NCBI GenBank assembly: GCA_015680685.1
Contig: MNCI01002384.1
Coordinates: 860,493-924,492, forward strand
Length of the DNA stretch: 64,000 nucleotides
Direction: 5' to 3'
Origin: Gnetum montanum
Taxonomy: Eukaryota; Plantae; Gnetophyta
Position numbers and translations under genes: made by a program. Positions 36,961 through 50,099 of the stretch are shown piece by piece; position 1 is the stretch's first letter; the number at the start of each line of letters is the position of its first letter. The notes under the pieces are model-generated. The model ran no database searches, was not told where the DNA came from, and saw nothing but the letters and a program-made list of their open reading frames with translations.

Positions 36961-38003
36961 TGATTTGATTCCTACGATAGCTGAATAAGTGAGGCAACAA
37001 AGCTCACTTAATGCTTTCTTAATCCTTTTAGGAGAGAGGGTATATATTAATAAACATGATGAAACTAGTTTTGGTTATGTTTTTATGACAACAGTTGCTA
37101 CTAACCATGATGATGTGCAGGTTGAACTTCCTACATGTGTGCTAGGCTTGGAGGAGAAATTTCCAAAGGTGTTTAAGAAGGAAGAAGTAACTTTTGGTGA
37201 AGTGGAGATCAATGAGAAAAGGATTTCTCAAGAATCTCTTATTGAGCAAGGGAGTGCTCAATACTCAAAGGTCTTAGAAGAACTAACCAAGAGCTTCATC
37301 AAAGAGACCAAGAAATCTTCACAGTCCAAGATGATGTATGCAGCTAATCAAGAAGAGTCCAAGTTATGAAAGGTGAAAGATCAATGCCAAAGGAGTGGCA
37401 AGGATCAAGGGACTTCTTCATGAAGGATCAAGAACAACACTAGATGATATGTTACTCATTCTTTGTATAATTATTTTATACCTTTTGGCAAGGGAAAGGA
37501 GATTCTAAGTCAAGTTGAGACTATCTCATGGAAGAGAGGTTTACCTTTTGAGTTGGTACCTCCAAAGTGGGTTGTAGAAGCTATTGATGATTCCTTGAAA
37601 GAGGAGAAACCATTGGAGTTAGAGACTACTATGTTGAATCTTAAATCTAAAAGCTTTGATGAGATTGGACAGCCACATGTTGAATATCTAGTTGAATTAA
37701 ATATGGATAAGAAAAGTCATGAAAAGGTTAGTGAGTCTAAGCTTTACCTTGCATATGCTAGTAATGTCTCTTATGTGGAACCTAGTGTGTTGGATTCTAG
37801 TTTTTGTACTTCAGCTTGGTAGTGGTTTGTTCCATTCTGATAATGAACATCATGATCATTGTGTTCATTATGATGAAGTTTTGAGTTATGTTGTGCATGA
37901 TGAAATCAATGTAACTTTTGATGCCATTGTTGGTAAGAGTAAGACTAATAATGATGAATAGCATGAACATAATCTACATTGAGATTTTTATGGTGGAGGA
38001 AGA

Positions 38004-38727
38004 ATGAGTAAGAACCTTTCCAACACCAAGATGAAGAATGTTGAGTTTTTGTATGATAAGGCTTTTCATGTTGCAATTGGCAAAACCTCATTTAAGGTGA
38101 ATCATAGGTTTTTTCCAAAGATGGTGGAAACTTTGAAGAGCTTTTATGGTGAAGCTCAACTTAGTGTTGATTTTGTGCAAGAGATGAGGGATCTCCATGC
38201 ACAAGTAAAATCAAATCTTGAGAAGAAGGCTGAAGAGAGAGTCCTCAAGAGGAAAGAGGATATGTTGAAGCCTAATTTTGCTATTGGTAACTTGGTTTGG
38301 GTTCACTTGAAGAAGAAGCAGTTCAGAGGTGTTAACTTCTCCAAATTGAATGCTAAGCAGATTAAGCCTTTCAAAATCAAGGCTAAAATTAATGACAATG
38401 TTTTTGAGATTGATTTACCAAATGATGTTGGTATGTCATTTGTGTTTAATGTTTCAAATCTTGTGTACTATCATGGACCAACTAAGGAGGAGACCATACA
38501 AGGAAGCATCAATGAGTTGAAGGGGGCTATTGATCAGTCCAAGCCTTTAATGAAGAAGAAGGAAATTGTACTCAAGCAAAGAGAAGCTTCTATCACTCAA
38601 GGAGTTAAGAGACATGAATATTTGATCCATTGGAAGGATTAATCTGCTGATGATGTTGTATGGGTCCATGAGACCAAACTTGTTGAGTGGGGGATCACTT
38701 TTATCCCTCCTCCCATGTTCACATGAG
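38004..38727 (+). pseudogene. Integrase C-terminal (GPY/F-type) region and chromodomain of element B
   Basis: FAIGNLVWVHLKKKQF..SKL..KPFKIKAKINDNVFEIDLP..FNVSNL, then EIVLKQR..HEYLIHWKD*SADDVVWVHE. Confidence 0.85.
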
Positions 38728-41700
38728 TTTACTTTTTGAAGAGTATAAGAGCTAGTGTAGGAACACCTCTTCTAATTCCCTTGTTCTTGTCCTACAAGTT
38801 TTTTTTGCAGGTTTCATGCTTGGAGAAAACCTAGATGCATGTGTTAAGTTTTTGTGTGTGTTAATGAATATTTTTGGATGTTTTGGCATGTTTAGAGGTG
38901 TTTTTTCTTATTTTTATGAGTTTATGAGGTTCCAGGGTCTCTAGGCACTTCTTTGTAGGCATCGAAAGGTTCCCGACATCAAAACAACCATTTTTATTTT
39001 TGGCACCTTCAGGATAGACATCTTCCTAAAAAGATAGATGTCCTTCTAGAGACATCTCCCCTAAAGTGTAGACATCTCCAATCCATAAAATATGTCCACC
39101 AAAATTAGTAGACATCTTTCCCGAGAGTAGGGCTTTCACAAAAGATGTCTCCTCAAAAAGATAGGCATCTCCTCAAAGATGTCTCCCCTAAAGTGTAGAT
39201 GTCTATAGTCCATAGAAGACATCTACCAAAAATAGTATATGTCTCTTTTGAGAGTAGGGCTTTCACAGAAGACATCTACATGAAATAAGATATGTCTATG
39301 CCAATGAAGAAGAAAAGCTCTAATGTGGCATTTCAATTGAGAAATATCAAAAAGACTCCAAATCCATGTGAGAAATATCTAGGGAGGCAAATGGAAAGCT
39401 TCCTATGGTTTTGGATCTTTATAATTATGTATGCCTTCATCAATGAGAAAGGAGGAGAGTTTGTATGCAAGGAGAACTAGGCAAGAGAGATTGGATGAGC
39501 ACATTAAATAAGTGCAATAGGTGATTGCAACTCCAAGATCAGCCTATGATGTGTTAATCTATGTGTTCTGTTCTCTTGTATATTACATGTGAGTTGAGAT
39601 CTTAGTCTCGAGTTGTGAGAGAGAATTCTATTGGTTGTGTCTTACATTGTGAAAATCATTATGTGATTGTAGATCCTTATGCTCTAAAATCTTGTTTGAG
39701 TGTCATAGGTTTTTGGATGCTTATGGGTTGTGTGAAACCTAATGTAATATTTTAATAATTTTAATTGAATTTAGCTACTTTTCTTATTTTATAGCAAATA
39801 ATTTTTTCTTTTCATAATATCTAGTTTTAGTGCGTTGAAGGTGATTTAATTATGTAGTGAACCTACTCCATAAACTCAAGATGTCTTTTGTAAAGACTCC
39901 TCTACTAGGCAAGATATCTCCTTAACCTCCAAGGCATCTTTAGAGAACCCAAAACATGTAACACACACATGTAAGAAATAATAAGGTGATCCAAAGAGGT
40001 GTTCATACACTAGCTCTCCCACCCTTCAAAAAGTGAACTCATGTGAATAAGGAAGTATGGGTTAAAGTGATCCCTGACTCATGAAGTTTGGTCTCATGAA
40101 TTCATATAACATCATCTATAGATTGATCCTCCTAATGGATCAAATATTCATGCCTCTTGACTCCTTGAATACTAAAATCTTATCTTTGCTTGAGTATTAC
40201 TACCTTCCTCTTCATTAAAGGCTTGGACTGATCAATAGCCCCCTTCAACTCATCAATGCTACCTTTTATGGTCTTCTCATCAATTGTTTCATGATAGTAC
40301 ATAAGATCTGAAACATTAAACATAAAAGACATAACAACATCATTTATTAAATCTATCTCAAAAGCATTATCATTGATCTTAGCCTTGATTTTGAAAAGTC
40401 TCATGTTCTTGGCTTTCAACCTTGAAAAGTTAACACCTCTCAACTGCTTCTTCCTCATGTACACTAAAACCAAGTTACCAATAAAAAAATTTGGTTTTTT
40501 TTTTTGCTCTCATTCCCCTTACTTCATCCTTCTTCTCAAGATTTGATTTTACCTATTCATGAAGATCCCTCATCTCTTACATAAAATTAGCACTAAGTTG
40601 AGCTTCACCATTAAAGCTCATCTCCTTCTTGGTGTTGAAAATATATTCCTCATCTTTCTTTCACCATCAAAATTACAATGTATATTTCCTTCACAATCTC
40701 CATCGATTTCATAACTAAGATAATCAATTTCATCACTATCAATGTCCACATCCACATCAATAATGATCTTCTCATTATAACTACTAATATTGCCATCATT
40801 ATCAAATACAAAATCAAACATATTACCACTATTAGCCTTCCTCTTACTAACAATGGTATCAAAATCTACATTGCTTCCATCATGCACAACATATCTCACA
40901 ACTTCATCATAATCACCATAATGATCATGATGCTCATCATCATAGTGAAACAAATCACTACCAAGATAAAGTGAAAAACTAGAATCCAAAACACTAGTTT
41001 CCACATAAGAGACATTAATACCAACTATAAGAGAAATCTTAGACTCACTTACCTATTCATGTCTTCTTCTATTCATCTTCTGTTCAACTTGATCTTCAAC
41101 ATAAACATGTGGCTACCCAACCTCATCAAAGCTTAAAGCTTCAAGATTCCACATATAATTCTTCCATCCCAATGGTTTCTCCTACTTAAAGGAATCATCA
41201 ATAGATTCTTCATTCCACTTTGAAGGTTCCAACTCAAAATGTAAATTCTCCTCCATGGCTTAAACATCAGATTTACTATCAAAGTAATCATTCTTCTACA
41301 TACCTTGACTAGAAGACTAATCCCTCTCCCATGACATAGCCTCAACTTGGCAAAGAATCTTCTTTCCCTTAACACAAGGTATCAAAAAATTGCAAAAATA
41401 AAAAGTATTATACACTCTAGTGGTGCCCATGATCTTTCTTGAAGAAGTCCCTTGATCTTTTCCACTCCTTTGGTCTTGATCTTTCACCTCCCATGACTGA
41501 TAAGGTAGGAACTCTCCTTGATCAACAACACATACTATCTTAAACTATAAAGATTTCTTGGACCTTTTGATTAGGCTCTTGGTTTTCTCTTCTAAAACTA
41601 TTAAGTATTGGACATCTGCTATTCAATAAGAAAATTTTGTTAAATACTTTTCTCATTTATTTATACTTCACTAGACCATTCATCTTCCTCCTTGAACATC

Positions 41701-44700
41701 TTGAAAAGTTTCTCCTTTAAGCCTAGTGCATCTCTTGAAAGTTCAACCTCCACATCATCATGGGTAGTAGCAATGGTTGTCACAACAAGAAAATAAAAAC
41801 ATGTTTTATCATGTTCCTTAATATGCTTTCTCTCTCATATAAGGATTAAGAAATCATTATGTGAACATTGCTATCTCAGTTATATAGTTTTCATTGGAAT
41901 CAATTCATGGATGCTATCAGGTCTAGCTACACTCCATACATTTCTTGCTCCATCAAACTAAGCACCATTATTAAAATTCCAAGGTCTACCAAGAATTAAA
42001 TTTTCACAATCTATTAGAAACACATCACACTTCACAACATCATGAAAACCTCCAATTTTAAATTTCAAAGTACATTATTTCCTCACCTCTTGGGAAAAAT
42101 TTCTAAACAACTAATGTGCTTTGTATGGTCTAGGATTAGGATTAGTTACAAAACCCAATCTAGAAACTACCCTAGAATAAATAATGTTTTTTTGGGCTTC
42201 CCCATCAATAGAAATTTGAATCCATTCCTTAGTAAGTAAACATCTAGTCCCAATCTAAAATAACAATTTTTTATTAGGATGATCTCCTCTATTCACATTC
42301 CCATGAATGTATAAGAATTTAATTTAGAAACTTTCTCAATTTTTACAGCATTATGAATATCTCTATGAAGAAATTGACTTCATGTCTTCTCCACCTCCAT
42401 GGTTTTTACATCTTTACCCTTGGTTGCCTTGTGAAATGAACATTCCCATTGCTTGTGTTCCTGTTCTCCACATTTGAAGCACTGAATCTTGGATGAGCTA
42501 CTAGCTTAATCCTTACCTTCCTTACCTTGATCCTTCTTGGCTTTGTCCTTCTCATCACCAATTTTAGGCTTCTTATTATGAAAACCCTCTTTATCCTTTG
42601 ATTTATACTTGGATTCCTTTTAGATTTTGATCCTTTCTCCTTCTCCTTAGAAGTTGGTTTGCTTAAGTTTTTGAATCCACTTAATTTCTCTTGAGTATTA
42701 AGTACCAAGTCATAAGCCTCATCAAGAGTTTGTGGATTATGGAAAGATAACTTCTACTAGTATGTCATTTTTCAACCTTCTAAAAAGATTAAATTCTATT
42801 CATACTCCTCCCAGTTTACCTTAGCTTGATGAAATAGATCATAAAATTAAATGTGAAACTCTTTAACATCCCTATCATCTTGCCTTAGTAATTTTAACTT
42901 CATAATGATCTCTTTTCTCTAACAAAAATGTTTAAATAATTTTTTAACCTATATTTCATCATGTCCCAATCTCTGATGGGTTGACAATTTTGTCTTTCAT
43001 AATCCTAGGTCTTCTTTTCCCATCAATTAGAATTCATACCTTGTAATATGGATTCAATAAGAGGTACCATCAAGTTATTTAGTGCCTTTTCCAATTGGAA
43101 ATGCTTCTCAAGTCTCTTTAGCTAACTTACAGAAGCATTGGTACCACCTACACTATTGAAAGTCTTCAACTTCATGTATAGAAGTCTTATAGCATTTTTG
43201 AATGCTCTAGAAAACCTTTCCTCATCTTCCACATCAAGCTTGCCTAGAGAAGATGTAGTTATGAACATTGGAGTCCTTGGAATTATTATTTGATGAATAG
43301 ATTTCCTCCCATTATAATCCTTGGCTAATGAGTTTCTATAGTCCCATAGCTAGATTCTTATTCCTCTTCATCTGCTTTGTCTTTTCCTAGTTGTGAAACT
43401 TCTTCATCTAAATATGCATGATCTTCACCTATGCATGTTTAGATATGACTAGAACTGACATTTCTATTTACAGTTTTATTTATTTCATCTAACAAAATAA
43501 CCATCATTTGGAAGGTAGAATTCATGCTTTCCATGTCTCTATTTAGTGCTTTAATCTATTTTTCAAGCAACAATTGAAATGCTAAAGCAAGTTCACTCCA
43601 ACATCCAATCATCTTTAAATACTAAATCTATATATTATGAGAAGATAAATTATTTACTAGAAAACAAGAAAACTAGTTATCTTTAATTATTCAAAATAAA
43701 ATATTACAACTAGGTTCCACAACTCACAAATCATCCAAAACCTCTTAAAATACTGAAACAATGTTGTAAAGCATGATGCTCTACAACCACACAATGGTTG
43801 TTCTCAATGCAAGACACAATTGATGAAAAATATCTCTCACAACCTGGGACTTCGATTTAATTTAGAGAAGTAAACAAAAGATAAGAACACATAGGTCAAT
43901 CCATAGACATTAACCCTGGAGTTGCAACCACACCTAAACTCACTCAATGTGCTCTATCAAGTCTTGCCAAGCTCTCCTCAACTCAAGAGCTCTTACCAAG
44001 ACTTCTTCTCTCACTTTCTATCCATCCATGTATAAGCATGAACCACTACATATTTATTAAGAAAACAGGAAAAGAAAAACTATAGGAAACTTTCCTCAAG
44101 TTCTACTTGAAAATGCTCCCCTATTTTCCATCCTTTCCTACCTTCTTCTACTATTTCCCAAATTGGAATAGCCAATTCCAAAATTTTTCGAATTGTACAA
44201 ATCATCTCTAGCCTTCTAGGATCATCTTCTAGAAAAACAAAACTATTGGAAAAGATGTTTTTTGTTTTGAAAGGTGTCTCCTCCATGGTGAAGATGTCTT
44301 CTTTTACCACAAGACATCTTTTTCCATAGGTCTTCTATATTGGGATGATGTCATTCCTAAGATGTCTCCTCTATTGGGGAAGATGTCTTTTCAAAACCCA
44401 AGACATCTCTTGCCAACCTTAAGACATCTCCATAGAGCCCAAAACCTAAAAAACACATGTAGGAAATAACAAGGGGATTGGAAGAGGTGTCTCTACACCA
44501 AGGGCTTTAAGGTACATCAAGTTATATATATATTATTTTTTCAAGTGTAGGGAAACCTTGTTACTAAGTAGGACATGTCATGCAACATATTATGGTTATA
44601 ATTCATTTTAATAAAATTAATTTAAAGCATTACAAAGTGTAATTGTTTAGCATCCTAAGGTAAGTTAAAGTATGATTTTTTTTCTTTTGTCTTATTTTAT

Positions 44701-47516
44701 ATTTGACTCTAAATTATTAACCTCTCATCTTAGTTTAAGCAACATGTTTTTGGTGGAAAGTTTCTGAGGGTAGCAACCTATTGTGAATATCTCATTAGCA
44801 ACATTTCATTAGAAATTACTATGATTTAGAAATTGGAGTTTTCAATCAAAAGTGATATTATGGTAGCTTTATTATGTATATTTTCAGATTTAACTAGAAA
44901 CTTGCATTCATTATTTAATGGCTAGATCCTACCAAGCCATGAATGTACTATATTCCTTTTATTTGTTTATTACCTTTTAGACCCTAACCAAATGTAGGCA
45001 TTTCTTACAAAAATTGCAGCTTCCAAGTAACTGATTATGCAATTTCCAAATTAGTAGTACCTTTCCATTTTTTTACCATTTGTTTTTATTGTTCATTTTT
45101 TCATTTCCCTACTTGCTTTCCCTTGGCAACTATAGGTACAATGAGAATATTTCCCTGAAATATTAGTGGTGAAATTAGCATAGCACAAGGAGGAAACTGG
45201 GAGTTTACATGGAATATTAGCACTTATGCATGGAATCATTAAGTTATGCTTCACTACAACTCTACATTCTATTTCATGACCATTGGATAGAATAAATTTG
45301 AAATCTAGTATGTCCCAAGAAGCGTGTAGGTTCTAAAGGTAGTTATTTAAAATTATTTTTGATTATCCATGAAATATTCTCATATGCATAAGTAACTATT
45401 TCTGACCATTATATAAATAAGGCCTAATAGGAATACGTTCTTTGATGTTCATACAATTCATAACTATGGATAGTTCAACATGTGGTAAGGTAGTTACTTT
45501 TAGTAAACTGTCGTCGAATGTGAGTTGTAGGGTTTCATAAATGCAATGGTAATTTATTGATGACATAGGAATCTACTCTATATTTTCTCTAAATTTTTTT
45601 CTTTTTTTAGAATTGCAACATTGCCAGTAGACTCTCAAGTGCTAATATTTCTATAGTTGTAAATACATGATACTTTTATGATTTTCCATGACCAAAAATG
45701 GAAGACTATGCCTTTGTTGAGGTGAGAGGGAATCCCATAGGATAACAATATTCTCTATAGCATCTACTAGATCATCATGCAATGGACATATACTAAGAGC
45801 TTCATCATATTTGAACAATGTTTTGATGGCTTTGTAATTTGTGTATAAGATAGATTCATCCATGAAGATATCATAAGAGGCATAACAATTCATGTTGGCA
45901 CTCACAGATCATGAGTAGTAGAGCCTTTCTTGGGAATAACATGATTGCAACTACAAGTAGTGTAAATGATGAAAGGTTTCATGTACAACTAGCCCAATAT
46001 AACCATGTATCCTTCCTTAGCCTATCATTTGATGTCATGCAAAGTAATAGTCTCTACATAAGCTGCATGAGAAACATGAAGGTTACTAAGGAAAAGCTCA
46101 AGTATGAAGGCCAATGTAGCCATTCAAATGGCAGTAGTGTAATTAGCAATGACATGGTGAAACTATAGCATAGTCATGTTGTGGGTTGTAGAAGTAACCT
46201 TTGTGTGACTCATAACTAAACCATGTAACTAATACTTTTTTACTTATAATTATTATCATTATTTTATTGATCAAGGAAGCAGTGTCTTTTGAGTATTTTT
46301 TTTTTTATTCTACTAAGGAGCCTCCTTGCTCTTCTTGGTAAGTAGAATAGGATTAATGTTAGTAATATGTCCTCGTAAATAGGCTTAGTACAACTATCCA
46401 TATTGATGTATCTACCAATCCTACCATAGAAAATTATAAACCAACCTTGATAGATTTATTCATAGCCTTTTTCTTGGGTCATTCTTTTTAGCCATTTGTA
46501 TTCTTCCTATAAAACACCTAGAATCAAACTTGAACTTAAATGTTGATAAATCACTTGATGGGTTACATCAATGCATCCCTTTCAACATATCCCCATCAAT
46601 GCATGGGTAGATGCATTGACACAATATCTATATTTTCCTATATAAATGCATGTACCCATCACATTTATGGCACATTAATTTGATAACCTAGCCAAGTTCT
46701 TGTGGTTTTCTTCCATCAAAGTTAAAATATTTTCTAAGTTCCCATAGCAGGACTTCAAGAATTGTACAGATCCTTATTTGAACATCAATGTACCTATACA
46801 CTTTAATGTGCCAACAATAAAGATGAGATTTTTGGAACTCCTTGCAATACTTAAGAATAGTTTAATGTTTCCATTCATGCACTTTATTAATTATGTAGTT
46901 TACAATCATGTCCTTAGATAATTAATACACTTAATAATCACACATAAGTACAACTACCTCAAACATACCATTAATTCTTGGTAATCCTAGTGGTATTATC
47001 ACTTGGTTAACCCTGTAGCCGAACACTTGATAACCCAGAAGCATTCCTAATGAGTTCAAGATGTGCATGGAAGGTAGGCTTGGATGCTTATGTTAGGATA
47101 ATTAGATTAAGGCATTAGATAGTTAATTAGTTAATTCACAATTAATTACTTTGTTTCACACTTAGACTAAATAAAATAAAATATAAATAATTAAATAAAA
47201 ATCATGTACCTTGGCTTACACTTAACCATACCTTTGCACTTACACAAGTGAAGCAAAGAAGTCAAAAATCATGTCTTTAAGTCACTACATTGCCTATTAT
47301 GCATTTAGGAGCTACATCCCATGGAATTTGACTAGATCACTAGTGCAACACTTGTGATTCATATAGGCGGCTGTAGAAACTACTCATTGCTCATAATTGG
47401 CATTGTTGTTGGGGGACTTTAGTTAGCTAAGTGTGCTGCATAGGAAAGATTGTGAAATTCTCTAAGGACATTGTAAAAGAACACTTAAAGCACACTACTT
47501 TTGAGAAATCACTAAT

Positions 47517-49940
47517 ATGGCTTCTTCTCATAGGAAGGATTCTCCACCACCATTTGTAAGTAGATCCACTTAAGGCAAGAAGGCCAAAAGAAGCAAGTGC
47601 CCCAAAAATTCAAAGTTTTCTATACTCATCCAGATGCTTACACTTCAGAGTTCACCTTCATCCTACATTAGGATGAGTAGCCATGATGAAGAGACATGGA
47701 GGGCAACATCATGTTGCCTTCAAATCAATGTGTTCCTACAATGCTATTGAACAATCTTATCAAGTTGGACATTGCTAGACTTAATGTGGAGTATGAAGTT
47801 CAAGACCATGCCTATTTAGATTATCATCCCACAAATGCCCAAAGGAAAAAATATTAGTAGATGGAGGCTCAATATGAGGCTTCAAAAGGAAAAATATTTT
47901 TTAACCACTGATTCTTGCAAATTCATAAAGAAGATAAGGACCTCTTTTTGGATGCCTTCCAATACACAGATTCTTCCCCTATCTTTGATGGGGAGATCCT
48001 TAACCAATAGTTGCATTTAATTGTGGATAACCTTGGTGATGGAAAGAATGGGTTTCAAGATTAGCGGGTCTCAAAAGATGGTATCCACAGTCATTCATCT
48101 AGAGGCAAGAACAATGACAAGCATTAGAATAAAGATAAACATGGTGATCAGGATAGGAACTAAAGAAGAATAGGTAGTAGGCACTATTCAAGTGCTAATT
48201 CTCCTCCCTCTTCATCTTCATCATCATCAACTTCATCTTCTTCGTCCTCCAACTCTTAAAGGAGAAGAAGAGGTTGAGACTATGGCAAAAACCATAGAGA
48301 TTGGAATTATAATGAATAGTGGAATAGGGATGATCATAGATCTTGCTAGGACAACAAGAGCTAGAGGCATGAGCAACAACATGGGGAAGAACATCACAAA
48401 GAATGAAGGCACAACAAGACTTATCATAGGCATCATAGCCATGATAGGAATCACATAAATCATCATGACTATGATGAGCCCCTACTAGCTACTAGAAACA
48501 TGCTGAATATTTCAAAGGCTATTAGAATTCTCATTAGGAACTTGAAGGATATCTACATTAAATGACTAGATATGAACAATATCCTTAAGTTTGAAGGGGA
48601 ATATAATTTAGATTTACAAAAGCATTTGCATGTCTTCCATGATGCTTGTGCCTTACAAAATGTAGAAAATAAATGGCAAAAGCTAAAATTTTTCTCAAGC
48701 ATACTCATAAAGGAGGCAAAAAGTTGGTACTGATCCTTGAAACTGAAATTCATTTGACAATGGAGTACAATGCTTAAGCTATTCAACAATAAGTAGAAAA
48801 TGTACTACAAAGTGTCTAATCTGAGGAGGTAAATCCAAAGGTGGAAATAAGGTACTCATAAGTCCTTGGATGTGGCCATGGGTATTTACTACCCTTTGTT
48901 GCACCGATGACCAAGTCACAAATACTCTCAAAGTGATTAGCTACACCATATCATAGATGGGCTTAGAACTAAAACAAGGAGAATCCTTGGGGTCTATGCC
49001 TAAGGGAGACTTTCTAAGCTAAGGGCCCATTAGATTTAAAGGCTCATTGAGCAAGTGACCAAAGAGGAAGGAAAGCTAATAAAGTGAGAAAGTGCAAAAG
49101 AATACAACTGAGACCCTTTCATTTGCAAAAGGGAGGTCCATTTCTATGAGAATGAGGAAGAGGCACCACTTGATAAAGTGGTGCAAAGGAAAACCTTACT
49201 GATTCAAAAATCTATTACTAAAATCGTGGTTAAGGTTAACAAAATGTGCAACTTCTTGGATGAGAAATTCAAAGCTAGTCTCAAGATTGTAGAAGAATGT
49301 AAGGATCAAGGTGGAAGTGGCCATGAGTGAAGGAAGAAAAGGAATGCTAAACGAGAATATTGTAGAGATAAAGGTAAAGTTGCAGTAGTAGAGAATATTG
49401 TAGATTCAAAAACTAATGATGATGGTTGTAACATATGCCAATATGAACATCCTAAGGGATTTTTCCCTATCTTGTCACACCTACAAGAATCTGGGGTGTA
49501 TGCTCAAAATCCTATACTAGCAAAATGGCAAGCACCCAAGTAGTTTCCTTATCCATAAGGCAACTATCAACAACAATACCACCAACAAGCTTACTATCTA
49601 AGTGGAGTGCCACCTCAATCCTAGGAACAATACCAATAGTGGCAACACCCATTATTGTAAGGGATGCCACCTCCAAGGCAACGGTACCCTTATCACCAAC
49701 CAAATCCATATGGGTATTACGTTTAGCAACCCATCTCTCTACATGACTCTTCTAGTCATACTTCCTTCCTACATCACTATTATCCTCCTTAATACTATAG
49801 AGCACCTTCACCAAGGCAGAAGTCTTCATTTTCCTACTATTCTCATCAACACTCTTTCACTCCTGCACCACCATCTTCAACTCCTCTATCACCTACTCCA
49901 TCCATGTAGGACAAGATACCTACTCAACCAAAGCAAATAA
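47517..49940 (+). pseudogene. gag: gag pseudogene with an Arg/Asp/His-rich N-terminal part and a Pro/Tyr-rich tail
   Basis: LDLQKHLHVFHDACALQNVENKWQKLKFFSSILIKEAKSWY*SLK; knuckle CNICQYEHPKG (~49427). Homologous to the gag at 16332-18300. Confidence 0.8.
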
Positions 49941-50099
49941 ATGCTACGATGGCTAGAAACTTATGACTAGCCCCTCAATCAAGTGTTTCTGAATCCAAGC
50001 CTTGAAAAATATCATTCTTCAAAACCAACAACCCCACAAAGCTCTCACAAACACTAATTTCACAAGAAATGTACAAATCTTGGAACATACCCCCTTAAA

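Larger units (their letters stand above)
34103..39870 (+). mobile_element. CRM-clade-like non-autonomous element B, nested in inverted orientation in the LTR of element A
   Basis: LTRs 34103-~35248 and 38753-39870. Degenerate iMet PBS ~35250-35267 (..TCAGAGC). PPT remnant GAAGAGTATAAGAGC. TSD TAGAC/TAAAC. The LTR contains a 127-bp tandem duplication (~34400-34655). Confidence 0.88.
33267..44500 (-). mobile_element. CRM-clade-like Ty3/gypsy non-autonomous element A (gag-PR, spacer, IN C-terminus, chromodomain; no RT, RH or IN core); 3' LTR split by element B
   Basis: 5' LTR 43583-44500 (minus start TGGTGTAGAGACACC). 3' LTR 33267-34102 plus 39876-40012. PPT GAAGGGTGGGAGAGC (40013-40027). Internal region colinear with element B (ORF 40180-40473 matches 38290-38580). 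TSD unclear. Confidence 0.85.

Noticed and set aside
40618-41004. Asp-rich 128-aa ORF and overlapping Ile-rich ORFs
   Set aside because: Low-complexity spacer of CRM-like element A, partly homologous to 37770-38030; not an independent gene.
46380-46500. Minus-strand reading ..RLVYNFYGRIG.., resembling family-B DNA polymerase motif B
   Set aside because: The invariant K-x3-N-S spacing is absent and no other polymerase motifs occur nearby.
48192-48466. Hydrophobic-looking ORFs on both strands
   Set aside because: Off-frame or antisense readings of the low-complexity Arg/Asp/His-rich part of gag, not membrane proteins.
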